Part shown: positions 33,601 to 41,045 of the stretch, piece by piece
Position numbering within the stretch: the first letter of the stretch is position 1
Layout: every line of letters starts with the position of its first letter
NCBI GenBank assembly: GCA_040756875.1
Contig: JBFLYH010000002.1
Location: 542,526 to 606,525 of the forward strand
Direction of reading: 5' to 3'
DNA from: a candidate division FCPU426 bacterium
GTDB taxonomy: Bacteria > Oederibacteriota > JAAXVQ01 > JAUVAV01
Length of the DNA: 64,000 bases
Program-made: the position numbers and the translations under genes
Notes under the pieces: model-generated
Databases searched by the model: none
Told to the model about the DNA's origin: nothing
Seen by the model: only the letters and a program-made list of their open reading frames with translations

Positions 33601-33650
33601 GCAGCCAGCGCAATTGAGATGATTCGTCGACTGTGGATGCTTCGGCGCAT
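30618..33650 (-). CDS. large secreted protein with carboxypeptidase-regulatory-like beta-sandwich repeats and T9SS-like C-terminal sorting domain
   Basis: Repeated GxISGxV...TDxxGxY units; C-terminal SYPNP...WDVSGVAPGVYLFKV...GKLTVIK. Confidence 0.8.
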   Translation of the reverse strand: MRRSIHSRRIISIALAALGCLAGLSLPAGAITTTAMGIIWDASHNTPCAGAWVWVRDQSNSVYANSQGLYLIENFDMPLGFSNTNQGATRTGFADLYKSTSIQPGLVNTINAFMRIGSLVSGRVTSHETGSPALAGATVTAETTVIYKLLTQTDGSYSVRLSPGNWRFYAEENGYSDSLTTQLTLTDGVDVPNYNFQLFIGGTITGTVYYGDTTATADGIWIQCHPSDSTDPNLFAQTGSDGTYTLQHVYPAPAYLITDAPAQWRGVVRDFVPVVDENTTAGIDFRLLAAGDISGTITAYTGAPVSGVKVSLTMMYSTGDEVGSMNTDAQGFYTIPDLPEGNYDIFVKPPQGTNLQSLRVGNEQIRQNVPVSRNFTLQPGGKISGIVRGPDGNIIANSKIAIFLESMYPFTPLFDGYTDAGGGYTFDGLTPYQNYTVAVEPTNVNTYTASAAERGLTVEEQMTRVLDFDLDIGGGLQGTVLDESSQPYSGYLLAFFINDQKTFGRLSINGAIDFIGLPEGNYSLLFLPLPTTSVPAQTRSFVTRIDSGQVNALDFSESAGETCSGYVYYLETGGNTRPASNIPVQIKSAMDPTAAFGIGLIGHGSTDGGGRFEFTGLSRLGYDLEALPPITDANGFACVNSRVDLTNGSVSRYLYLSQNGQKVSGLMRDQGGSRLINGLVFFWNDSGFRAYTQTDHWGNYAIMLAPGTYSVQGVYESMTGLNYAMEPQGGVQVLAGQNLQRELIISSGGSVSGRIADQVGNPIGLAKVWVYTADNLLPYRYGFTDQAGKYTIRGLHSAPYSIGVECAGYSVGSGGFNATLGEETEQVNLVLVEQTSIAGRIIAKNGKPLYPSTASVLAMSSDQVLLQTTANPDGEFILSPITGGPYRVKAAATGMKAQVITGIYPGERADFTLEPLISRDEAISYPNPCRGKQIKFLYWLDEDATVLIRVYNQTAALVWDWEGQGQGQKYNQHEWDVSGVAPGVYLFKVTARDRQGSMKSFPAGKLTVIK

Positions 33651-33740
33651 ATATTATCCCGGGAGGTGATGATCGTCGGTTGAGTATCGTTGTTTTTATT
33701 CCCGTTAAGTAGTTCTTGTTGCGGAAAGATCAATCTTGTA

Positions 33741-33796
33741 TTCCCCTCCCCAGGATTTGGTGGGAGGGGAAAATCCTCTCCCGCCAGGGGAGAGGA
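33741..33796. repeat. tandem REP-like hairpins
   Basis: TTCCCCTCCC-N11-GGGAGGGGAA followed by TCCTCTCCC-N5-GGGAGAGGA. Confidence 0.6.
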
Positions 33797-33867
33797 ATAC
33801 AACTGCAGAAAATCGGTTTTCCTCAACAGAAAATAATTATAACGCTATCCCCGCGCAAGGGAAAGGA

Positions 33868-35127
33868 TTAGTGCCTGGTTTTCATTACGACAGCCTTCTT
33901 CAAGGGCGTGGTTCGCTCGGCCAGGGCCGTGCGGAAGACCAGGCGGTAGAGGTAAACACCGGGTGCGACGTCCCGGCAATCCCAGGCGCTCCGGCTGTAC
34001 CCGACTTCCGGGTGGTCTTCGGTCCAGCGGCAAACGCATTCCCCCAGCATGTTGTAGATCTCGAACCTGACCTGGCTCGGCGCTTCCACGGCAAACCGGA
34101 AATAGACGCGGCCCTGGTTGGCCGGCTGGGGATAAGCCATGACATCAACGTCGAAGCGCACGGCGGTGGCAGCGGCAGAACAGGTTTGGGTCGAGGTAGG
34201 CGTGCCGGGTAAAGGAGTAGCCGGCGTAGCCGTCAGGCTGGGAGTCGCCGCAGGCGTGCCCGTGGAGGTCCCGGTCAAAGCGGGGCTGCTTTCCAATGTC
34301 GGTGAAGGCGTCACTGACGGGGACGACGTGGGCGAGTTCGTCGGCGTAGCGGTTATCGTAGATGTCATGGTTAGCGTAGGCGTCAGGGTCACGGTAGGTG
34401 TCATGGTCACAGAGGGCGTCGGAGTCGCCGTAGGCGTCACGGTAAGCGTAGGCGTGGTCGTCAGGGTCGGGGTAGGGGTGGAGGTCTGGGTGGGTGTAAA
34501 GGCAGGGCCTGAAATATAAATCGCCAGGGTGTTGTTCGGACCGAGGCCGTCCGGACTAAAGGGGTTGGGAAAGGGCGCATCGGCTTCTTTGTACCAACGC
34601 GTGCCTGGGATGGACGTGCTAGCCCGTATCTCGGTCATCTGGATCGGATCATGGATATCAACGCACAGAAAGTATTTTTGTCCGGGCAGGATGGGAACCG
34701 CGGGATTCAGGGTGTAGGTGTTCCAACCATCATGGGCGTTGGCATACCCGGTTGAAGACAGCAGGGTTTCCGGCCAGTTGGAAGCAGTGTAGGCCGTATA
34801 GACCGCCACGGCCACGTCCGGGTCAAGATACCATTCGCAATCCAGATCGACCGAAATACTGGTGGCGAGAAACCCTGTCGTGGCTTGAAAGACACTGCCC
34901 CTGATTGCGGAACTGAACGCTTCCGAATTATTGCTGCTGGTGTTTCCCAATTGCTCCGCCCGGGCGTTGGCCAGGCAACCCAAGGTCACAAGCAGGCAAA
35001 ATAACAGCACCCTGGTCCGCGCCTGGGTGCGCAGCCGCCGGCATTTTTGCGAACCCGGATTGGCAGGCGCAAGACCGCCTGGACGACGGCCGGACAAACG
35101 GGGTGGGTTTAAAACCTGCACAATCAC
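33868..35127 (-). CDS. secreted protein with Thr/Pro linker and T9SS-like C-terminal sorting domain (start uncertain)
   Basis: Signal peptide ending ARA-E, DUF4082-like beta domain, long TPT linker, AYPQP...IYNMLGE...VAPGVYLYRL. GTG at 35127 overlaps the kdsB stop. Confidence 0.72.
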   Translation of the reverse strand: MIVQVLNPPRLSGRRPGGLAPANPGSQKCRRLRTQARTRVLLFCLLVTLGCLANARAEQLGNTSSNNSEAFSSAIRGSVFQATTGFLATSISVDLDCEWYLDPDVAVAVYTAYTASNWPETLLSSTGYANAHDGWNTYTLNPAVPILPGQKYFLCVDIHDPIQMTEIRASTSIPGTRWYKEADAPFPNPFSPDGLGPNNTLAIYISGPAFTPTQTSTPTPTLTTTPTLTVTPTATPTPSVTMTPTVTLTPTLTMTSTITATPTNSPTSSPSVTPSPTLESSPALTGTSTGTPAATPSLTATPATPLPGTPTSTQTCSAAATAVRFDVDVMAYPQPANQGRVYFRFAVEAPSQVRFEIYNMLGECVCRWTEDHPEVGYSRSAWDCRDVAPGVYLYRLVFRTALAERTTPLKKAVVMKTRH

Positions 35128-35930
35128 TTGTGGCCGGCCAGTCGGCGCCCCCGAGCCCGGGACGCCCCCAGTCGGCGCCCCCGAACCCGGGACGCCCCCA
35201 GTCGGCGCTCGGCGAGCTTGAGATCCGCCGGCGTGTCCACGGCCAGGGTGCCGCGGGCCACGGCTACCACGCGGATGGCTACGCCGTGTTCCAGCACCCG
35301 CAACTGCTCCAGTTGCTCCATTTTTTCCAGGGGCGTGGGCGACCAGCGGGCGATTTGCAGCAGGAGGTCGCGGCGATACGCGTAGAATCCGAGGTGCAGG
35401 CGATAGGGATCGCTCCGGCGGCCCGCAGGGCGCGGATCGCGGATAAAGGGAATGGCAGAGCGCGAGAAATACAGGGCATTGCCGGCCCGGTCGCACACTA
35501 CCTTGACCCGGGCCGGATTGTGCAATTCCTCCGGCGGAAACGGCGCGGACAAGGTGGTCATCCGCAACCCGCGCTCGGTCAGGAAAGGCTTCACCAAAGC
35601 GTCCAGATCGCGGGGATTCACGAAGGGTTCGTCGCCCTGGATGTTCACCACCACGTCGCAGCGCTCGCGGCGCGCCACCACGGCCAGGCGGTCCGTGCCC
35701 GAGGCGCACGTTGCGGGCGTCATGACCGCTTCCCCGCCGAACGCCCGCACGGCGCGGACAATGCGCTGGTCCTCGGTGGCCACCAGGAGACGCGTCAGGA
35801 TTTTGGACTGTTTGGCCCGGCGCCACACGTGCTCGACCATGGGGCGTCCGGCCAGCAGGGCCAGGGGCTTGCCCGGAAACCGGGTGGACCCCCAGCGGGC
35901 CGGGATGACGCCGAGCACGCGCAGGCTCAC
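35124..35930 (-). CDS. kdsB: CMP-KDO synthetase
   Basis: IPARWGSTRFPGKPL, SGTDR, NIQGDEP, EQLEQLR, VDTPADL. Confidence 0.96.
   Translation of the reverse strand: MSLRVLGVIPARWGSTRFPGKPLALLAGRPMVEHVWRRAKQSKILTRLLVATEDQRIVRAVRAFGGEAVMTPATCASGTDRLAVVARRERCDVVVNIQGDEPFVNPRDLDALVKPFLTERGLRMTTLSAPFPPEELHNPARVKVVCDRAGNALYFSRSAIPFIRDPRPAGRRSDPYRLHLGFYAYRRDLLLQIARWSPTPLEKMEQLEQLRVLEHGVAIRVVAVARGTLAVDTPADLKLAERRLGASRVRGRRLGASRARGRRLAGHK
35138..35208. repeat. 30-bp tandem repeat (about 2.4 copies) in the kdsB 3' end
   Basis: CCAGTCGGCGCCCCCGA(G/A)CCCGGGACGCCC twice plus a partial copy. Confidence 0.9.
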
Positions 35931-36463
35931 GCTTTTTTTTCCTTGCTCGGAGGCTGGTTCTGCCCGGAAAGGATGCGTTCGATGAGATGGGTGCTGCTCT
36001 CGCCCTCGACCAGCGGGATGGTCACCACCTGGCCGCCCGCGGCTTCCACGGTCTCGCGGCCGATGACTTTGTCTTTGGCCCAATCCGCGCCCTTGACCAG
36101 CACCTGGGGCTGCAGTTCCGCGATCAGGGCCGCAGGATCGTTCTCGTCGAAGAGCACGACCAGGTCCACGCACTCGAGGGATGCTAAAACCTCAGCCCGC
36201 GCCGCTTCGCTCTGAATGGGGCGCTGCGGCCCCTTGATGCGCCGGACCGAGGCGTCGGTGTTGAGGCCCACGACCAGCGCGTCGCCCAGGCGGCGGGCCG
36301 CGGCCAGATAGCGCACGTGCCCGGGATGCAGCAGGTCGAAGCAGCCGTTGGTGAACACCACCCGGCGCTGCTGGTTCCGCCATTCCTGCACCCGTTCGCG
36401 GGCGCCGGCCCGGCCGAGGATTTTGTCGGCGGCGTTCCGGGGGACGCTGAGGATTATTTCCAC
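35927..36463 (-). CDS. rfaE2: D-glycero-beta-D-manno-heptose 1-phosphate adenylyltransferase
   Basis: VFTNGCFDLLHPGH, GLNTDASV, LVKGADW. Confidence 0.95.
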   Translation of the reverse strand: MEIILSVPRNAADKILGRAGARERVQEWRNQQRRVVFTNGCFDLLHPGHVRYLAAARRLGDALVVGLNTDASVRRIKGPQRPIQSEAARAEVLASLECVDLVVLFDENDPAALIAELQPQVLVKGADWAKDKVIGRETVEAAGGQVVTIPLVEGESSTHLIERILSGQNQPPSKEKKA

Positions 36464-37452
36464 GGCTCCTCCGCGATCAATCGTTTGAGTTCAGCCTGGT
36501 TGGTAGTGGCCACGCCCACCTCGGCGACCGTGATGCCGGCCGCGCAGTTGGCCGCCACCGCGGCCTCGCGGAAATTCCCGCCCGCGGCCAGCGCCAGGGT
36601 CAGGGTGGAGATCACGGTGTCGCCCGCGCCGGACACGTCGTAGACCTCGCGCGCGAGGGTGTGGATGTGCGAAACATGCCCGCCGCGTTCGAACAGGGAC
36701 ATGCCCTCTTCCCCGCGCGTAACCAGCACGGCCTGGCAATCCAGCGCGTGCAGGAGCTTCTTGCCCGCGGTCAGCAGGCTCGCGCGGTCGCGGATGGGCG
36801 TTTGGGAAGCCTGGCTGGCTTCGTTCTGGTTGGGCGACACCAGGGTGACGCCGCGGAATTTCCGGATGTTCTCAGGCTTGGGATCGCCGGTAATGATCCG
36901 CTGCTGGGCCTGAGCGAGGCCGATCACGCCCTGCGCAAACGCCTCGGTGAGCAGGCCTTTGTTGTAGTCCGAAACCACCACCGCATCCACGCGCTTCATG
37001 CCCGCGCTCAGGAGCTCTAAAAGTTCGTTTTCCAGCCGCCGGCCGAGGGGCAGGGGCTTTTCCCGGTCAATGCGCACCACCTGCTGCGAGTGGGCAATGA
37101 CGCGGGTCTTGGTGATGGTGGGGCGCGTCCGGTCGCGCAGCACCCAGTCCGTGCGCACGCCCTGGCGCTTGAGCATCGCCAGCAGGCGGTCGCCGGTTTC
37201 GTCCCGGCCCACCACGCCCGCCAGAAACGCCTGGCCGCCCAGGGCCCGGATGTTGTTGGCCACGTTGGCCGCGCCGCCGGGCAGGGCGTTCTCGCGCTGC
37301 ACGTGCACCACCGGAATGGGCGCCTCGGGCGAAATCCGGGACACTTTGCCCCAAATGTATTCGTCCAGCATCAGGTCGCCCACGACCAGGATTTTTTTGC
37401 CCGTGAACTTGTCCACCAGGCGCTTGAGCTTGGCGGCGGAAACGTTTTTCAT
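36454..37452 (-). CDS. rfaE1: D-glycero-beta-D-manno-heptose-7-phosphate kinase
   Basis: VGDLMLDEY, RISPEAPIPV, GGAANVA, DVSGAGDT. Confidence 0.95.
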   Translation of the reverse strand: MKNVSAAKLKRLVDKFTGKKILVVGDLMLDEYIWGKVSRISPEAPIPVVHVQRENALPGGAANVANNIRALGGQAFLAGVVGRDETGDRLLAMLKRQGVRTDWVLRDRTRPTITKTRVIAHSQQVVRIDREKPLPLGRRLENELLELLSAGMKRVDAVVVSDYNKGLLTEAFAQGVIGLAQAQQRIITGDPKPENIRKFRGVTLVSPNQNEASQASQTPIRDRASLLTAGKKLLHALDCQAVLVTRGEEGMSLFERGGHVSHIHTLAREVYDVSGAGDTVISTLTLALAAGGNFREAAVAANCAAGITVAEVGVATTNQAELKRLIAEEPWK

Positions 37453-38042
37453 GCTTGCGGTCCCTCCGGGGGGAACATCTGCTCCTCGATCAGGCGGCAG
37501 AGGATGTGGCCCAGGGCCAAATGGATCTCCTGGATGCGCATGGTGTTGGCCGAGGCCACGGACAACACTACGTCCGCCTGCTGGGCCATTTTCCCGCCCT
37601 GGCCCGTAAACACGACCACTTTCATTTTAAGGCGGCGCGCTTCGTCCATGGCCGCCAGCACGTTGGCGGAATTGCCTGAAGTGGAGAGGCCCAGGAGCAC
37701 GTCCCCGGGCTTGCCCAACGCCTCCACCTGGCGGGAAAAAACTTTTTCAAAACCGTAGTCGTTCGCCAGGGCGGTCAGGGCCGAGGTGTCGGTGGTGAGC
37801 GCAATCGCGGCCATGGCCGGCCGTTCGCGCTGGTACAGGCGCGCCACCAGCTCGGTGGCGTAATGTTGCGCGTCGGCCGCGGACCCGCCGTTGCCGCAGA
37901 TCAGCAATTTGCCGCCCTGCTTGAGCGAGGCGGAAATGAGCTCCGCGGCTTTGACCAGCGGCTCGGCCAGGTTCAGCGACTGCTGACGCAGGGCAATGCC
38001 AGCCTGCAGTTCCTCTTTGGCTAGTTCAACCCATTGGGACAT
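37449..38042 (-). CDS. gmhA: phosphoheptose isomerase
   Basis: CGNGGSAADAQH, ANDYG, STSGNS, RIQEIH. Confidence 0.95.
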   Translation of the reverse strand: MSQWVELAKEELQAGIALRQQSLNLAEPLVKAAELISASLKQGGKLLICGNGGSAADAQHYATELVARLYQRERPAMAAIALTTDTSALTALANDYGFEKVFSRQVEALGKPGDVLLGLSTSGNSANVLAAMDEARRLKMKVVVFTGQGGKMAQQADVVLSVASANTMRIQEIHLALGHILCRLIEEQMFPPEGPQA

Positions 38043-38214
38043 GCTTGCCTCCCGGGAGCCGTTGACAGCCCCCGCTCTTGGCCCCATATTTTACATACTT
38101 CGCCTGAAATCTCCAGAATTATCCTGTCATCCCCAACCACAGCGCCGTCGGACTAGCCGTCCTCGAGTGCAATCCGGTGCGTTATATCTCTAGAAGTGCT
38201 GCATTGACGCGGTT

Positions 38215-39351
38215 CTACTTCCCGACATCAACTACTACCGCATCCCTTAATACGACGTCTATCGTCCCGATGATGATGGCGCTTTTGACCAGCACGGGCA
38301 CGCGGCGGACGTCGTCGGTGAGCCAGATGTTGATCTCGCCCTTGCTCTGGAACACGCCCTCGAATTTCATCTGCGGCTGGACCACGATGCAGTTGAACTC
38401 CCCGGCCGGCACCCGGACTTTTTCCCGGCGCACGGATTTGACGATCACCTCGTAGGATTTGCCGTCGTCCGCGACCACGGGAATCGTCAGTTCCTGGCCG
38501 ACGGGAGGCGCCACGGCCCGGTAAAAATAAAACTCGGACAGCACGTCCTGGGTCAGGGGCGCGGCTGGCACACGGGTCCGTCCTTCGTCTTTGATGACCT
38601 GGTTTTGGACCTGGTCGTAGATCAGGACCGAATCGTTGCTGTAGCCGCCCTCGCGCAGGTGTTTTTCATAGCGCCAGGAAAACAACCCGGCCGCGTCGAA
38701 GAAGGATTCGATGCGGTCCCTGACCTTGAAGAACCACTCGAAAGCCGGGTGCGTGCGCGCCGTGGCGATCAGATGCAGGGTCTGCCGGCCGTTCATGATC
38801 GGCCCGGGTTCCACGGACAGCGTGGCGAACCCCGCGGCAATGCCCAGGTATTCGACCGAAAAAAGCAGCTTCTCGCCCGGCGCAAAGGCCTGGTTGGGAC
38901 GCTGCGGGAAAATTGCCTGGACCGCGGGCGTGGGTTGCGGCGTCAAGGGTTGCGACGCAGGATGGCCGCCGACCGTCGCCGTGGCCGCCGGCGTCGGCGC
39001 GGGCAGAACCCCTGGAACCACGGCTGCGATTCCGCCCAGTTCCAGCACCTGGCCCGGATGGATCAAATCCGGATTGGCGATGCGGTTGCGGGCCGCCAGT
39101 TCGGGGTAGCGCAGGGGATCGCCGAGCAGGCGGCCGGAGATGTGCCAGAGGGTGTCGCCGGCCACCACGCAGTAGGTCGTATTTTCCGACGGCACTGCGG
39201 GCGTAGGTTCAGGCAAAGGCTCGACGGCAACCGGAGTCGGCTCCAAAGTCGGCACGTCCGAGGCTTTAATGATCTTGAAATCCGTGCGGCCGGTGGCGCA
39301 TCCCGCGACGATCAGGCAGACGCCGATTAAAATCCACAGATTGGTTTTCAC
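38215..39351 (-). CDS. LysM + DUF3108 lipoprotein
   Basis: Lipobox VAGC. LysM YCVVAGDTLWHIS...NPDLIHPGQVL. Pro linker. GEKLLFSVEYLGIAAG...IWLTDDVRRVPV typical of DUF3108. Confidence 0.8.
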   Translation of the reverse strand: MKTNLWILIGVCLIVAGCATGRTDFKIIKASDVPTLEPTPVAVEPLPEPTPAVPSENTTYCVVAGDTLWHISGRLLGDPLRYPELAARNRIANPDLIHPGQVLELGGIAAVVPGVLPAPTPAATATVGGHPASQPLTPQPTPAVQAIFPQRPNQAFAPGEKLLFSVEYLGIAAGFATLSVEPGPIMNGRQTLHLIATARTHPAFEWFFKVRDRIESFFDAAGLFSWRYEKHLREGGYSNDSVLIYDQVQNQVIKDEGRTRVPAAPLTQDVLSEFYFYRAVAPPVGQELTIPVVADDGKSYEVIVKSVRREKVRVPAGEFNCIVVQPQMKFEGVFQSKGEINIWLTDDVRRVPVLVKSAIIIGTIDVVLRDAVVVDVGK

Positions 39352-40328
39352 TTCCCGCTCCTTATGGCCTTCCGCACGGCCTGGGCCGCGGTTTCCGGTT
39401 CCAGCCCGTCCAGGCCGAGCACTTCCACGCGCTCGCCCAGGGGGCGCCAGCGGACCTGACCGGTCACGCCCGCACTCGGGTACAGCGCCACCACAGGCCT
39501 GCCCAGGGCCGCGGCCAGGTGCGCGGGCCCGGTGTTGCCCGCCACTACGGCATCCGCCCGGGCGATGAGCGCAGCCAGCTGCGGCATACGGATCGTTTCC
39601 CGCAACACCCAGGCGGCGGCGAACACCGCGGCGTTCCGCTCCTGTTCAAGGCCAGCGCCCGTAACCAGCACGCGCGTGTCCGGATCAGCCAGCAACAGCC
39701 CGGCCAGCTGCCGGTAATTTTCCAGGGACCAGTTGGCCGAAGAGCCGCGCCCGCCCGGATGGATGACAACCAGGCGCTGGCCGCCCTCCAGCCCGCGCTG
39801 CCGCAAATCCGCCTGGGCCCACGCCAGGTCCTCGGGCCGCGCGCTCAAGCGCGGCGGCTCCAAGACCGGCGACAGCCCCAGCGCCCGCAGCAGGTCCAGG
39901 TTGTAATCCGCCTCGTGCCGCTCGGCTTTGGCCCGGCTGTGGGGCACGCGCGTGGTGTACAGCCAGGACCAGAGCCTGCGGCCGGTTCCCACCCGCTGCC
40001 GCACGCCGGCCCGCCACACGGCCCAGGAAACGCGGGCATCGGGAAAAACCAGCAGCCCCGCGTCGAATTTCCGGCTGGCGATCAGCTCGACCAGGCGGCG
40101 GAATCCGCGCCGGCCCGCGTGCGCGCCTTCTGCTTCGTACGCCAGCACTTCGTCCACATCCGGATGACCGGCGAAAATTTCCCGGGTGTAATCCGAAACC
40201 AGGCAGGCGACATGGCTCCCCGGAACCAGGCGCTTGATGGCCGCGGCCACGGGCAGGGCCAGCAGGCTGTCGCCCAGGGCGTCCGTGCGGCACACCAGCC
40301 AGCGCCGGGGCTGGTCATTCATGGCCAA
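39348..40328 (-). CDS. GT9 family (heptosyltransferase-like) glycosyltransferase
   Basis: RTDALGDSLL, IHPGG, NTGPAHLAAALGRPVVALY. Confidence 0.9.
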   Translation of the reverse strand: MAMNDQPRRWLVCRTDALGDSLLALPVAAAIKRLVPGSHVACLVSDYTREIFAGHPDVDEVLAYEAEGAHAGRRGFRRLVELIASRKFDAGLLVFPDARVSWAVWRAGVRQRVGTGRRLWSWLYTTRVPHSRAKAERHEADYNLDLLRALGLSPVLEPPRLSARPEDLAWAQADLRQRGLEGGQRLVVIHPGGRGSSANWSLENYRQLAGLLLADPDTRVLVTGAGLEQERNAAVFAAAWVLRETIRMPQLAALIARADAVVAGNTGPAHLAAALGRPVVALYPSAGVTGQVRWRPLGERVEVLGLDGLEPETAAQAVRKAIRSGK

Positions 40329-40893
40329 GCGCTCCGAGAATATGGCGCCCTGCTTCGGTCAGGTCTGCGGCAATAAAATCCGGCCGGGGCCCATTCCCGA
40401 ATCCCTGGTCTCGGGTGGCGGCGCCGTAGCCGGTCAGCACGAGAATGGTCTTTAATCCTTGTTTGGCGCCGAATTCAATGTCCGAGGCTTTGTCGCCCAC
40501 CACCCAGCTTTTCGCCAGGTCCAGGCCCAGGTCGCGGGCAGCGGCCAGCAGCATGCCGGGCGCAGGTTTTCGGCAGTCGCAGGCGCGCGCGTAGGCGGCC
40601 ACGCTGCCTTGGGGATAATGGGGGCAATAGTAGACGCCGTCGAGCCCGGCACCGGCCGCGGCCAGCAACTCCTCAAGCCGGGCGTTCACGCGCCTGACCG
40701 TGGCCTCGTCGAAATACCCGCGCGCCACGCCGGACTGGTTGCTGACGACCACGGCCGCGAATCCTTCCTGCCGCAGCAGACGGATGCCCTCGGCCGCGCC
40801 CGGCAGCAGCACCACGCCCGCGGGATCGGCCAGGTACTCGGCTTCCTGGATGATCGTGCCATCGCGGTCGAGAAAGACTGCGGGTTTGGACAT
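40315..40893 (-). CDS. gmhB: heptose 1,7-bisphosphate phosphatase
   Basis: FLDRDGT, SNQSGVARG, CPHYP...CDCRKP, VGDKASD. Confidence 0.93.
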   Translation of the reverse strand: MSKPAVFLDRDGTIIQEAEYLADPAGVVLLPGAAEGIRLLRQEGFAAVVVSNQSGVARGYFDEATVRRVNARLEELLAAAGAGLDGVYYCPHYPQGSVAAYARACDCRKPAPGMLLAAARDLGLDLAKSWVVGDKASDIEFGAKQGLKTILVLTGYGAATRDQGFGNGPRPDFIAADLTEAGRHILGALGHE

Positions 40894-40914
40894 TGTCGCC
40901 TCATAATAAAATTC

Positions 40915-41035
40915 TCCCCTCCCTTGAGGGGAGGGGATGAAGGGGCGGGTGTGCAGTAACTGAAAATTGTTCAATTGCTCTGCCCGCAAAGCGGGCTACA
41001 CCCACTCCCTCGCCCTCCCCCCTCAAGGGGGAGGG
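40915..41035. repeat. inverted pair of REP-like hairpins
   Basis: TCCCCTCCC-TTGAG-GGGAGGGGA...GGGTGT and its approximate reverse complement ACACCC...CCCTCCCCC-CTCAA-GGGGGAGGG. Confidence 0.7.
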
Positions 41036-41045
41036 GTTAAACCGT

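Noticed and set aside
34140-34500. Quasi-periodic GGCGT/GGTC repeats (also 43860-43945, 46825-46855)
   Set aside because: They simply encode Thr/Pro linkers.
35138-35208. Possible CRISPR array
   Set aside because: Contiguous tandem copies with no unique spacers, inside a CDS, and no cas genes.
35128-35826. N-terminal extension of the 652-aa ORF 33868-35826 (similarly 57145-59313, 59381-60931, 25656-26555)
   Set aside because: The extensions overlap real genes in another frame, so starts were reassigned downstream.
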